64,000 bases of DNA, from assembly GCA_011605725.1 (NCBI GenBank), contig JAAOZP010000017.1, forward strand, positions 192,001 to 256,000. The letters are read 5' to 3'. Source of the stretch: Nitrososphaerota archaeon. GTDB taxonomy: Archaea; Thermoproteota; EX4484-205; JAAOZP01. The notes beneath the pieces were generated by a model. It did not search any database. It was not told where the DNA came from and was given only the letters and a program-made list of their open reading frames with translations. Each line of letters begins with the position of its first letter. Position 1 is the first letter of the stretch. Shown one piece after another: positions 1-9,985 of the stretch. Made by a program: the position numbers and the translations under genes.

Positions 1-1
1 C

Positions 2-1045
2 CTCTCCCAGCACGATGACCCTTTTACCACCCAAGTTAAGCATGACAGGCTCCTCAACATCATCCCTAATCCTTACGTAAAGCATACCCATGTAAAGCTT
101 GGCTTCCAATGCTTCGAAGCCGAGCTTCCTCAGCTCCTCAGGTGCTTGAGCAGGCTCGCCTTTCAAGAAGGGATGGTTCAGGAAAACAGTTTCGCTCAAA
201 AGCTTCTTAACCAGCCTGGGTCTTGCGAAATGCCTCCTATAATTCATTATCCTGATTGTTCTCCTATGCATTCTGCTCCTCCTCTTCACGTACCTAGACT
301 TCTCAACCTGAATCACTCTAGTGCCTGGGTCAACACTCCTGGTGAACACCAAGGCTTTCTCCCCCTCGAGTAAAGATAACACGAAGCTTGGTTTAACGGC
401 ACGGATAAGCTCTGCTTTAAAACTTAGGCCTTTCGAGTCAACCCAGCCATCAGTGTTTAAAACTATTTTCCCAATCCCCCTTTCCGTAAGCCTTCTTAAC
501 ACCGTGGCGACAGCTTCCTCCAATTCTTTAACCCCGGATTCCGGAGCCGTGAAGCCTACGAACTCTATGACCTCAGGCCTAACCTGACTCAAGTCACTTA
601 AACCCTTGTTCACTACCCCACCACTAACCGTGCCGGGTATTCCGAGATCATTCTGCCCAGGGTCGGAATCGACGATTCCAACTTCCCCCTGGAAGTTAAG
701 ATAGTAGTTAACCAAGAAGGTCGCTAGACTCGTCTTACCAGAGTCAGCCTCGCCGACAACCATCACGACACCCCTCTCCTCAACAGCAGTCTTCGCAGCG
801 GCTTCAAGCCAGCTACCAGGTATTGTGGAACCGTCTACCACGCGGTAGTTGTTACCTTCAACAATGAGGCTGGCTTCAGACTGCTCAGCGTAGAAAGGCG
901 TCCGCCTGAAGCCTCTTACCTTCACCCAGCTGCCCTCTGCAAACACGGCTCCCATCACGTTAACCATGCCACTGACCACTTGCACTGTAGCCGGCCCGTC
1001 TACCAGGAGAGTTTTCCCCACTCGGAGAAGGATTCTCTGTCTCAC
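2..1045 (-). CDS. Clp1/Nol9-family polynucleotide 5'-OH kinase (3' end runs off the window)
   Basis: Not in the ORF track. Manual translation from GTG at 1045 gives VRQRILLRVGKTLLVDGPATV..., P-loop VVGEADSGKTS, DSDPGQNDLGIPG and NTDGWV, all typical Clp1 motifs. The frame stays open to the window edge. Confidence 0.88.
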   Translation of the reverse strand, partial: MRQRILLRVGKTLLVDGPATVQVVSGMVNVMGAVFAEGSWVKVRGFRRTPFYAEQSEASLIVEGNNYRVVDGSTIPGSWLEAAAKTAVEERGVVMVVGEADSGKTSLATFLVNYYLNFQGEVGIVDSDPGQNDLGIPGTVSGGVVNKGLSDLSQVRPEVIEFVGFTAPESGVKELEEAVATVLRRLTERGIGKIVLNTDGWVDSKGLSFKAELIRAVKPSFVLSLLEGEKALVFTRSVDPGTRVIQVEKSRYVKRRSRMHRRTIRIMNYRRHFARPRLVKKLLSETVFLNHPFLKGEPAQAPEELRKLGFEALEAKLYMGMLYVRIRDDVEEPVMLNLGGKRVIVLGE

Positions 1046-1156
1046 AGTTTTTTCCACCCTTCCAGCGTTTTAACCGTTGAGGATGATTATTTATGTTTAA
1101 ACACGGGAAGACCATGAGAAACTTTTTAAAGACCTTTTTGCCTCAAGCCCAAGTAA

Positions 1157-2410
1157 TTGTCGGAGAAAAGCCTTGCGGAAGAAGTCTTCGAAATAGTTAG
1201 GGAACACCATGCTTTCAGAAGCTGCTCGCTGAACCTTATCGCAAGTGAAAACATTACGAGTAGGGAGGTTAGGAGGCTTTTAACCTGCGACATGGGGCAT
1301 AGGTATGCAGTAGGATTTCTTTACGAAAGAATGTACAGGGGCTGCGAATACATAGATAAGCTTGAAGAGCTAACTCATTTCCTAGCTAGGAAACTCTTCA
1401 GGGTTGAGCATGTCAACACGTTGCCGGTTTCAGGAACTGTTGCAAACATCGTTGCCATAGGTGCTTTCACAAGGCCCGGAGACACCATGATGGGGTTGAG
1501 CGTGATGGACGGGGGCCACAGCAGTTTCAGAGAGGTTTCAAGGTATCACGGGGTAAGCATGGTTCCAATCCCGTTCAACGCTGAAGAGTATAATATTGAT
1601 GTCGACCAGACTAGGAAAATGATTGCAAAAGTTATGCCGAAAATGGTTATGCTCGGAGCATCTGAACTCCTGTTCCCACAGCCGGTTAAAGAGATTTCTG
1701 AGACTGCTTCAAACGTCGGCGCGACTGTTGTCTACGATGCTGCTCACGTCTTAGGCCTGGTGGCAGGAGGCTGCTTCCAAGACCCGTTGAGAGAGGGCGC
1801 GGAAGTCGTGACGGGAAGTACCCATAAAACCTTCTTCGGCCCGCAGGGAGGCATAATTCTCTGTAAAAGGCAGCATGGTGAAAACATAGACAGGGTTGCT
1901 CTAAGCATGATAAACAACCATCACATAAACAGGGTTGCAGCACTAGCGTACACGCTTGCAGAGTTCCTTGCTTTCGGGCAGGAATATTCTAGAATGGTTG
2001 TGAGCAATGCTCAAGCCCTTGCCGAATCGCTCTACAACAACGGGATTAACGTGATATGTGCAGACAAGGGTTTCACCAGGTCGCATCAAGTAATATTCAG
2101 AGTTGAAGAGGGCACCGCCCTAGAGGTTTCTAAAAGCCTTGAGAAGGCTAACATAATAACGAGCATGACTCCTCTTCCAACAGACAAGTCTGAAGCAATG
2201 GCGAGCGGCATAAGGCTTGGAGTGCAGGAGGTTACGCGGCTTGGAATGGGTAGGGACGAGATGTCTCTCATCGGAAGCTTAATAGCAAGGGTTGTGAAAT
2301 CCCCGGATTCAACAAGCGATGTTAAAGAGGAGGTTAAGGATCTGGTGGGCAGGTTCAGAAGCATCCATTATACTTTCAGCGACAACGAGCCAGCTTACGA
2401 GTGGGATTAG
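1157..2410 (+). CDS. glyA: Serine hydroxymethyltransferase (archaeal type)
   Basis: LNLIASEN, YRGCEYIDKLE, YDAAHVLGL, PLP-Lys motif GSTHKTFFGPQGG, SGIRLG. Confidence 0.95.
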   Translation: MSEKSLAEEVFEIVREHHAFRSCSLNLIASENITSREVRRLLTCDMGHRYAVGFLYERMYRGCEYIDKLEELTHFLARKLFRVEHVNTLPVSGTVANIVAIGAFTRPGDTMMGLSVMDGGHSSFREVSRYHGVSMVPIPFNAEEYNIDVDQTRKMIAKVMPKMVMLGASELLFPQPVKEISETASNVGATVVYDAAHVLGLVAGGCFQDPLREGAEVVTGSTHKTFFGPQGGIILCKRQHGENIDRVALSMINNHHINRVAALAYTLAEFLAFGQEYSRMVVSNAQALAESLYNNGINVICADKGFTRSHQVIFRVEEGTALEVSKSLEKANIITSMTPLPTDKSEAMASGIRLGVQEVTRLGMGRDEMSLIGSLIARVVKSPDSTSDVKEEVKDLVGRFRSIHYTFSDNEPAYEWD

Positions 2411-2475
2411 GAAGAAACTTCACACGGGTCTGCATAGTTAAAACAAGTCTCGTAGGCAGAATTCTTTGTTAAGCC

Positions 2476-3693
2476 TCAGGCTTTTTTCGCAACAGGCTTT
2501 AACCCGACGAGCGTAACAGTTAAGCCGGCGGCTGTTAACAGTGCAGTCACCGGAAGCACAGACAAGTATGTTCCAGTAACGTCTCTGAGAAACCCAGACA
2601 TGAACGTGCCTACTATTGCTCCGGCTCCGTAGGCTGTGAACACGAGGCCATAGTTTTCCGAGTAGTATTTGCTGCCGAAAAATATTTTCGTTATTGTCGG
2701 GGCCATCGCCAGCCATCCGCCTAGGTTTAGCCAAAGCATGCTGAAGAACACTAGGTATACTAACGGGTTTCCCTCTCCAAATAAGTATAGGACGATTGCT
2801 GAGGCGAAAACCATTGTGAAAGACAGTAGAGCACTCCTCCTGGGGCCAAGCCTATCGGTGACCACTCCGAACACTGGTCTTCCGACACCGTTGAAAACTG
2901 AGAACAACGATATTGAGAACGCTGTCAAAGTGGTGTCAAGCCTAGCAACCTCGATTCCGAATGGCGAGGCTATTCCAACAGCCATCAGACCAGACATGCA
3001 GCCGACCATGTATGAGAACCATAAGGCGTAGAAGCTTTTGGTTCGAACCATCTGGCTCATCCTTAGGTCTCCGCCTGACTGGGTGCTGAAGGTCTGCGTG
3101 GAGCCAGTGGCTGAGGAAGCATACTCTTTCGACGGGAATCTCAGAGGCAGGGAGAGAACAGTTAGAAGCACTAGGAAAGCAGACCCAGAGTAAAGGAAGG
3201 CTTGCAGAGGCCCTACTGTTTTTATGAGGCTGGTGAGGACAGGAGCCATTAATAAGCTGGAAAGCCCGAAGCCCATTACAGTTAAACCTATGGCTAGGCC
3301 GCTTCTCCTGGGGAACCATGCTGCGGTTACTGCTATTGGGCAGCCGTAGACAATCCCGACGCCCGCCCCGCCAACCACCCCGTAGAGCACTGTCAGAACC
3401 TCTATGTTTGGTGAAAACCCTGCGCCAATCCATCCGGCGGCTACTAGAATGCTCCCTAGGAGGCTTGTTTTCCTCGGCCCCCATTTACGGATTAAACTGC
3501 CTGCAACAGCCATCATTACCGCGAAAACAGCTAGGAAAACCATGAACGGTAAACCACTTTGTGTAGCACTGATCTTCCAAAGGTCTTCCAAGGGTTTCCT
3601 GAAGACGCTGAAAGAATAGATTGCTCCAAGACACAGGTTCACTAGAAACCCGGTGGCAACTAGGAACCATCCTGCTTTCTCCGAACTACCCAT
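2476..3693 (-). CDS. MFS transporter, oxalate/formate antiporter (OFA) family
   Basis: About 12 hydrophobic helices; GAIYSFSVF, WFP-RSGLAIG, FNGVGRPVFGVVTDRLG, YSENYGLVFTAYG; lies downstream of acs on the same strand. Confidence 0.88.
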   Translation of the reverse strand: MGSSEKAGWFLVATGFLVNLCLGAIYSFSVFRKPLEDLWKISATQSGLPFMVFLAVFAVMMAVAGSLIRKWGPRKTSLLGSILVAAGWIGAGFSPNIEVLTVLYGVVGGAGVGIVYGCPIAVTAAWFPRRSGLAIGLTVMGFGLSSLLMAPVLTSLIKTVGPLQAFLYSGSAFLVLLTVLSLPLRFPSKEYASSATGSTQTFSTQSGGDLRMSQMVRTKSFYALWFSYMVGCMSGLMAVGIASPFGIEVARLDTTLTAFSISLFSVFNGVGRPVFGVVTDRLGPRRSALLSFTMVFASAIVLYLFGEGNPLVYLVFFSMLWLNLGGWLAMAPTITKIFFGSKYYSENYGLVFTAYGAGAIVGTFMSGFLRDVTGTYLSVLPVTALLTAAGLTVTLVGLKPVAKKA

Positions 3694-3724
3694 TTATTCT
3701 CTTCCCCTTCCAGATGGATACCTA

Positions 3725-5761
3725 CTATTTTCTCGCCTGAAGAGCCTCCTGTATCATCCTGTATGCTTCCGCAGCCTCTTTCACAGCAGTATCGTCCTCC
3801 AACGTTGTGACGTCTCCCAAAGGCCTGTTGGAGACCACGGCTCTCAGAAGCCTCCTCATTATCTTGCCACTCCTAGTTTTAGGAACAGTGTTGATGAAGA
3901 CTATGATCGCGTCTGAAGCGACTAGAGGCCCTATGGTTGTTCTCAAGTGCATTTTCAACTCTTTCTCAAGCTCAGGTGTGCCAGTATAACCATGCTTAAG
4001 AACAGTGAATATCATCGGAACCTCTCCCTTCAGTTCATCAGGCTTCCCGACGCATGCGGCTTCTGAAACAGCCGGGTGCATAACCATCGCCGACTCAACC
4101 TCAGCCGTCCCTATCCTGTGGCCGGCAACCTTAATGACGTCGTCAGCCCTGCCGAGAATCCAGAAATACCCGTCAGGATCCTTAACAGCGTAGTCACCAG
4201 TCCAGAAGCATCCTTCCCACCTCTTCCAGTATACCTCGACATACCTGTTCGGATCCTTGTAGAGCGTCATGAGCATACCCGGCCAAGGCGTCTTTAAAAC
4301 GAAGTAGCCCCTTACGCCAGGAGGACACGGGTTTCCATCCTCATCTATAACGTCTGCCTTCACCCCTGGAATCGTGTACCCGTTTGTCCCTGGTTTGAGC
4401 GGGAATATTCTTCCAAGCCCAGGGAAGTGGCCTGTAAGTATGTGCCCGGTTTCGGTCATCCACCAAGTGCTGGAGCAGACCACATTACTTTTACAAACCT
4501 TCATGAAGAGCCATCTGAAGGCTTCTGGGTTTATCGGTTCTCCGACAGTATGCACAATCCTGAGAGTTGACAAGTCGTGCTTACTCACATACTCCTCCGG
4601 GAACCTCATCAGCATCCTAACGGCGGTTGGAGCAGTGTAGAAAATAGTTACCCCGTAACGCTCAATTATGCTCCACCATCTGTCTGGAGCCGGGTAGTCT
4701 GGAGCACCTTCATACATAAGGGTTGTGGCTCCAACCATTAGAGGCCCGTAAACTATGTAGGAGTGTCCAGTTACCCAGCCTATGTCGGCAGTACACCAGT
4801 AGATATCGTCATCCTTAACGTCGAAAATCATTTTCATCGTCGCATACAGGCCGACGGCGTAGCCGCCAACTGGTGACTGAGTACCCTTAGGAGCTCCAGT
4901 CGTACCGGAAGTATAGAGAACGTAGGAGAAGTCGTCAGACGGGCAGGGCACTGTCTCAACGCTAGCGTTCTCAGGAACATCTGCGATCAACTCATGGTGC
5001 CAAACATCCCTCTTACTGTCAAAAGGAATATCCGTCCTATCCGTCCTCCTGACGACGACAACCTTCTCAATCCGGTAGCCCCTGCTCTCAAGTATTTTTA
5101 CAGCCTCATCCACAATCTCCTTCAGCTTCACTATCTTCCCCCTCCTGTAGAGGCCGTCTGCAGTAACTATTATTCTTGAGCCAGCCGCCTCCACCCTGTC
5201 GGCCACGGCGACAGCGCTGAACCCGCTGTAGACTATGCTATGTTTCACACCTATCCTTTGAACAGCAAGCATGTATAACGGGAGCTCCGGGATCATTGGC
5301 AGGTAGAAGGTTAATACTTCCCCCTTGTTCACGTTCAGCTTCCGCCGGAGGGCGAGGGCAATCTTGTTAGAAACCCTGTAAAGGTCGTAGTATGTGAATT
5401 TCCTGACTTCCCTAGGGGCTCCAGTGGCCTCGTCAACAGGCTCACCCTCCCATATTAAGGCAAGCTTGTTCTTCCTACCGCTTTGAATCTGCCAATCAGT
5501 ACAAAGATAGGCTAGGTTCGTCTCCCCTCCTACGAACCACCTGTAGAACGGCGGGTTACTGTCGTCAAGAACCCTGTCCCACTTTTTCATCCAGGGCAGC
5601 TGCTCAGCCCACTTGCTCCACCATTTTTCAATAGCCGTCTTATCCTTAACCGTCTCCTCGTGGAAGCTTTTAAAATCCTCAGGGTCCCAAACCCTGTCTT
5701 TCCAGGAAGGTGGAACTATGTACTCTTTAAACTCTCTGTAGATTTCTGGTTTTTCTCCCAT
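3725..5761 (-). CDS. acs: AMP-forming acetyl-CoA synthetase
   Basis: YTSGTTGAPKG, WCTADIGWVTGHSY, GEPINPEA, TWWMTETG, GRADDVIKVAGHRIG, PKTRSGKIMRR. Start moved to ATG 5761 (MGEKPE), which follows a TTTTAAA box. Confidence 0.95.
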   Translation of the reverse strand: MGEKPEIYREFKEYIVPPSWKDRVWDPEDFKSFHEETVKDKTAIEKWWSKWAEQLPWMKKWDRVLDDSNPPFYRWFVGGETNLAYLCTDWQIQSGRKNKLALIWEGEPVDEATGAPREVRKFTYYDLYRVSNKIALALRRKLNVNKGEVLTFYLPMIPELPLYMLAVQRIGVKHSIVYSGFSAVAVADRVEAAGSRIIVTADGLYRRGKIVKLKEIVDEAVKILESRGYRIEKVVVVRRTDRTDIPFDSKRDVWHHELIADVPENASVETVPCPSDDFSYVLYTSGTTGAPKGTQSPVGGYAVGLYATMKMIFDVKDDDIYWCTADIGWVTGHSYIVYGPLMVGATTLMYEGAPDYPAPDRWWSIIERYGVTIFYTAPTAVRMLMRFPEEYVSKHDLSTLRIVHTVGEPINPEAFRWLFMKVCKSNVVCSSTWWMTETGHILTGHFPGLGRIFPLKPGTNGYTIPGVKADVIDEDGNPCPPGVRGYFVLKTPWPGMLMTLYKDPNRYVEVYWKRWEGCFWTGDYAVKDPDGYFWILGRADDVIKVAGHRIGTAEVESAMVMHPAVSEAACVGKPDELKGEVPMIFTVLKHGYTGTPELEKELKMHLRTTIGPLVASDAIIVFINTVPKTRSGKIMRRLLRAVVSNRPLGDVTTLEDDTAVKEAAEAYRMIQEALQARK

Positions 5762-5983
5762 GTTTCCTCGGCTCACACGATTTAAAACGACGCTTTTTAA
5801 ATGTTTCCCGTCGAAAAACTGGAACAAACCTTGGAATAAACCTGCACGGATAGGGTTTGCTTCCCCGGTTTCCCGCTTTCCGGCCGGAATAATGCTTTAA
5901 GAAGGAGCATGCTGTTTTCCAGCATTCCACAGGGAAGAAGGAAGAGCTTAAAAAGACCGTAGACGTTTCTCAAGAGATGCAGA

Positions 5984-7198
5984 ATGGCTTTAAGGTTCAA
6001 GACGATTGATGATTTCGACTTCAACGGGAAAACCGTTATCCTGAGGGTTGACATAAACTCTCCATTGGACCCTCAAACGCTGGAGATAATCGACGACTCC
6101 AGGATAAGGGAGCATTCTGAAACCATAAGGGAGCTCCTCCGTAGGAACGCGAAGGTTGTGATTCTCGGCCACCAAGGTAGGAAGGGTGATCCTGATTACA
6201 CTGATTTAAGCAGGCATTACAGAGCCATGTTAAAGTATGTTCCAAACCTAAAATACGTGAATGACATCATAGGGTTGAACGCTGTTAAAACTATAAAGGA
6301 GCTGAAACCCGGCGAAGCTGTTTTGCTGGAAAACGTTAGGACGCTGGACGAGGAGACTGAGACGAAGACCGCTGAGGAGCATGCCAAGGGAATGCTGGTT
6401 TCAACACTAGCACCGCTGGCAGACATCTTCGTTAACGATGCTTTCTCAGCATCGCACAGGGCTCATGCTTCAGTAATAGGGTTCACAGCAGTACTTCCAT
6501 CAGCAGCCGGCAGGGTTATGGAGAGAGAGTTGAGGGCTCTAGAGAAGGTTGTCGACAATCCTTCTAAACCGTGTCTTTATGTTCTAGGGGGAGCTAAGGC
6601 AAAGGAGACTTTTAAAGTGATTGAAAACGTTCTTGACAAGGGTATTGCCGACAAGGTTCTGCTGGGAGGAATGATAGCGCAAGTATTCCATGAGGCTGCT
6701 GGCTTCAGGCTTGGCACCATTAACTCTAAGTTAATAGAGGAGAAGGGTCTTGGCAAGTTCCGGGAGACAGCTTCAAAAATCTTAGGCAAACATTCTCAAA
6801 ACATAATGCTTCCGTATGATTACGCTGTCGACGTTAACGGAGAGAGGGTTGAATACATGGTTTCCCAACTGCCAGTTGAACACCTGTTGAAGGACATAGG
6901 AACCGAGACGATAAGGGTTTTCTCAAGAGAATTGCAGAAAGCCAGCACAATCGTCTTCAACGGTCCCGTCGGAGTATTCGAGGAAGATGCTTTCGCGAAA
7001 GGCACTTTAGAGCTGTATAGGGCAGCGGCTTCTTCAAAGGCTTTCACCGTCGTGGGTGGAGGCCACTCGATATCAGCGCTTGAAAAAGCTGGAGTATACG
7101 ATAAGATTGGTTTCGTAAGCACTGCTGGAGGAGCCTTAATAAGCTACTTATCCGGAGAGAAGCTTCCCGGGGTTGAAGCATTGAAGACTCAGCAATAG
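5984..7198 (+). CDS. pgk: Phosphoglycerate kinase
   Basis: LRVDINSP, HQGR, LLENVR, NDAFSASHRAHAS, GGAK, NGPVGVFE, GGGH, STAGGA. Confidence 0.96.
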   Translation: MALRFKTIDDFDFNGKTVILRVDINSPLDPQTLEIIDDSRIREHSETIRELLRRNAKVVILGHQGRKGDPDYTDLSRHYRAMLKYVPNLKYVNDIIGLNAVKTIKELKPGEAVLLENVRTLDEETETKTAEEHAKGMLVSTLAPLADIFVNDAFSASHRAHASVIGFTAVLPSAAGRVMERELRALEKVVDNPSKPCLYVLGGAKAKETFKVIENVLDKGIADKVLLGGMIAQVFHEAAGFRLGTINSKLIEEKGLGKFRETASKILGKHSQNIMLPYDYAVDVNGERVEYMVSQLPVEHLLKDIGTETIRVFSRELQKASTIVFNGPVGVFEEDAFAKGTLELYRAAASSKAFTVVGGGHSISALEKAGVYDKIGFVSTAGGALISYLSGEKLPGVEALKTQQ

Positions 7199-7302
7199 CC
7201 TAGTTGACCACCCGTTTTTTTAAAAAGTAGCGCGCGACAAAACGATTCTCAAGATTCGGAAAACCGTTTCGAAGGCTTAAGCATCCCTGTGAATGTTTAT
7301 TG

Positions 7303-7995
7303 CTACACGCTGCCTCTGGCAACCCTTGCTGTGCAGTAGCCATTGAAAGCTATTTTGTAGACAAGTATGGAGACGGTTTTGTTCCCTATTCTTTCAACAC
7401 CCCCCATAGTTATCCTAAGCAGCTTGAATCTTGAAAGCACATCGTCAAGCTCCTTCTCCTTCCTCGGCCTGAGGGAGCTGAATGCTTTCACAAGTATTTC
7501 AACAGCCTCCTTCACGTTCTTCCTCTGGGCTTCAATAGGGTCCTCCCTTCCTTCGAAGAGGAAGGATAGGGCATCCATAGCTTCAACCGCACGCTTAAGG
7601 TTGAGACAGAGGCCTGCGAGAATAATCAGTCTAGAGGCTTCTTCAACGCTTACTGAAGCTATGTTTTTAACCAGCTCCCCCATAAGCTGGTTATGCTTGG
7701 AGTTCAGCATAGCTATATTGCTGGACTGACTGCTACCAAGCCCGTCAGTAACCAACCCTATCCCCATGAGTATCTCGTTAATCTGGTTGAAGTAGTTCTC
7801 ATAAGCCTCTCCAGTAGCTTCTTCAAAAATCTTGGATAGGGAAGGCAGAATAAGATCTGGCTTCTCCTCAAGGCTTCTCGAAGGCCCTCTTTGCAGGAAC
7901 GGGGCTCTAGTCAGGTATGGGCCTGGGGGCGGCTTATAGTCTAGGCAGCATCCTCCAACGTACTCGAGAAGAGTGCATCCGTTCCTGGGGCATAC
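7303..7995 (-). CDS. Probable C-terminal part of the frameshift-split Fe-S protein (track ORF 7303..7767 extended upstream)
   Basis: The frame of 7303..7767 stays open upstream to TGA 7996-7998 and reads VCPRNGCTLLEYVGGCCLDY...EILMGIG, overlapping the end of ORF 7941..8546. Confidence 0.6.
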   Translation of the reverse strand, partial: VCPRNGCTLLEYVGGCCLDYKPPPGPYLTRAPFLQRGPSRSLEEKPDLILPSLSKIFEEATGEAYENYFNQINEILMGIGLVTDGLGSSQSSNIAMLNSKHNQLMGELVKNIASVSVEEASRLIILAGLCLNLKRAVEAMDALSFLFEGREDPIEAQRKNVKEAVEILVKAFSSLRPRKEKELDDVLSRFKLLRITMGGVERIGNKTVSILVYKIAFNGYCTARVARGSV

Positions 7996-8546
7996 TCAGC
8001 CTTGCGGAGCAAGTCTACTGCGCCCCAGAGAACCTTGTATAGAATGGATACTAGCTCCCTCTCCTCCGTCCTCTTTTCTCCAATGTTTACAGCTATCCTC
8101 CCGCCAGTTGTTACGAGGAACCTCAGGTTTCCGAAGAAAGTGTCAATAACCTCAATATTATCACCGTTAATCCGCTCAGGCTTCCACAGCAGGCTGATAA
8201 GAAGCCGGGAAGTATCGTAATCCAGGAATCTTGTTGGAAGTTTCTCGCAGCGCTCCTCAAAGTAGTTGGGGTGCGCATACTTAGTCTTGAACCCTGGGAC
8301 TGTAATTATTGAAGGAGAGGAGTGAACGACTCCCTTCCTAAGCATCTCCTCTATCCTACTTCTGTTTTCAGAGTATCCTTCGCGCTGCAGTATTGGGCAG
8401 TCTGTTAAACTGTTGACTCCAAGCAGGAGCCTACGCGCAAACGTGGCGCATGTAGCATTGCCGCAAAGCCCACAGTCGTAGCCCGGCATCATTCTTCTAA
8501 ATCCCGCGAAACCGTACGCAGCCATCTGCTTATTCTCTTTAGACAC
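7941..8546 (-). CDS. Fe-S cluster domain protein (PF04060-like CxxCx4C...CP), N-terminal part of the split gene
   Basis: MPGYDCGLCGNATCATFARRL...DCP. Confidence 0.75.
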   Translation of the reverse strand: MSKENKQMAAYGFAGFRRMMPGYDCGLCGNATCATFARRLLLGVNSLTDCPILQREGYSENRSRIEEMLRKGVVHSSPSIITVPGFKTKYAHPNYFEERCEKLPTRFLDYDTSRLLISLLWKPERINGDNIEVIDTFFGNLRFLVTTGGRIAVNIGEKRTEERELVSILYKVLWGAVDLLRKAEYAPGTDALFSSTLEDAA

Positions 8547-8575
8547 TGATTAAATAGTCTTTCCCCTTGATCCGT

Positions 8576-9751
8576 CTAAGCCTCTTTGGAAGCCTGTTTT
8601 TCAACTGTTTTCCCAACGTATGCCTCTCTTACTTCAGCGATTCTTTCCCCAACGATCCTAGCCTCCTCAACAGTGTTGAAAACCGTTGGGGATAGTCTCA
8701 GAACCTCCCTTCCACCCGTCTTACTGAGGATCAGCGGGCTGTCGAAGCTGCCGGATTCGGCGAGAATATGAAACTGGTCTTCCAGAATAGTTTGAAGAAG
8801 GCTTGAAGGAACCTGTTCGAGAATCAGCGAGAGTATCCCTGTCCTAAGCTCCTTTAAAGCAGCCTGGTAAAAAGTTATCCCCTCCCCCGCTGCAGTATTC
8901 ACAATTTCTTCAGCAAGGCTTTTCTCATGGCTTAAAATTTCTTCGAGGCCAAGCCTGTTAAGATACTCTAAGGCAGCTGCCAACGCTACGACGCCGATGC
9001 AGTTTTCCTTCTCAGCCTGTTTCACGGCGAAAAAGGCCTGGGTCTTCTCCACCCTGCTACGCCTCTCCTCTGAAACATAAAGTATGCTTAGCCCCTCTAT
9101 GCTGAACATGTTCCCAGACTTGAAAAAGGCATAGTCGACACCAATCATAGGAGGATTAAGCCGGATTCTTTGCGCAGAGTAAGTAGCATCCAGAATGGTT
9201 AGCACACCCTTCTCCTTTAAAACCGGTATTATCTTGTCTATCTGAAGCATTGTTCCAGTTGCTCCAGAAACATGAGTCAACAGGGCTGCTTTAACACTCT
9301 TCCCTGCTAACGCTCCCTTAAGCCTTTCTTCAAAACCTTCTTCCTCGAGATCCAGAACCTCAAGCCTCCCTCTCATTGTTTCAACATACTCCTTAAGGAG
9401 GTTTAAAAACCCGCCTTGAGCATTTGAAGAGACTAGGAAAACCTCGTTTTTCTTGAAATCCATGCTTTGAAGAATCAGCAGGAGGCTTTGCAGGATGCTG
9501 GAAGTGAAGATTATACTTTCCTCCCCCACTCCGAAATGCTTGAAAATCCTTCCACGAGCCTCCTCGTAGATTTCAAGAGCCCTGTGGGAAGAAGTATTCT
9601 CAAGCCCGGGTCTACTCTTAACCTCATTGTAGTAAGCAATTATTTTCTCTAAAACCGGGATAGGTATTCCTGTGGAGTCAGCATTATTCATAAAAATATA
9701 CTCTCCAGCAATACTCGGAAAATCCTCCCTTACCTTCTGAGGATCCAACAT
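8576..9751 (-). CDS. Aminotransferase class V / SufS-like protein, catalytically degenerate
   Basis: SufS-like N-terminus (VREDFP...YIFMNNA), THVSGATG, DATYS and VLRLSPTVFNTVEE. SGHK is replaced by KSGN and the RxGHHC loop by ESGSFD. Confidence 0.8.
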   Translation of the reverse strand: MLDPQKVREDFPSIAGEYIFMNNADSTGIPIPVLEKIIAYYNEVKSRPGLENTSSHRALEIYEEARGRIFKHFGVGEESIIFTSSILQSLLLILQSMDFKKNEVFLVSSNAQGGFLNLLKEYVETMRGRLEVLDLEEEGFEERLKGALAGKSVKAALLTHVSGATGTMLQIDKIIPVLKEKGVLTILDATYSAQRIRLNPPMIGVDYAFFKSGNMFSIEGLSILYVSEERRSRVEKTQAFFAVKQAEKENCIGVVALAAALEYLNRLGLEEILSHEKSLAEEIVNTAAGEGITFYQAALKELRTGILSLILEQVPSSLLQTILEDQFHILAESGSFDSPLILSKTGGREVLRLSPTVFNTVEEARIVGERIAEVREAYVGKTVEKQASKEA

Positions 9752-9985
9752 ACGGCTTTTAACACTCAGCTAGTCTGGTTAAAGCATCTTTTAAAGCTTA
9801 CAGCGGGCCTTGGGAAGCGTGGGGAAAGCAAACCATCCGTGCTTGAAGAAGTGGACAGACTTTTCGCAACCAGGCTGCTAACTATTAAAAAGCCAGGAGG
9901 GATTCACGGAATCAGGAAACAGCTTGCTGTCAAGCGGCTGCTGCGTTAAGCTTATAATATTTCTCTCCGGGATTCAGAAGGACCG

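Noticed and set aside
146-587. Plus-strand ORFs 146..373 and 321..587
   Set aside because: Antisense shadows of the Clp1-like gene. The same applies to most short track ORFs nested in well-supported genes.
7996-7998. TGA directly before the Cys-rich segment as possible selenocysteine
   Set aside because: That frame upstream of the TGA is not protein-like and hits another stop about 150 nt further; no SECIS was recognised. A frameshift explains it better.
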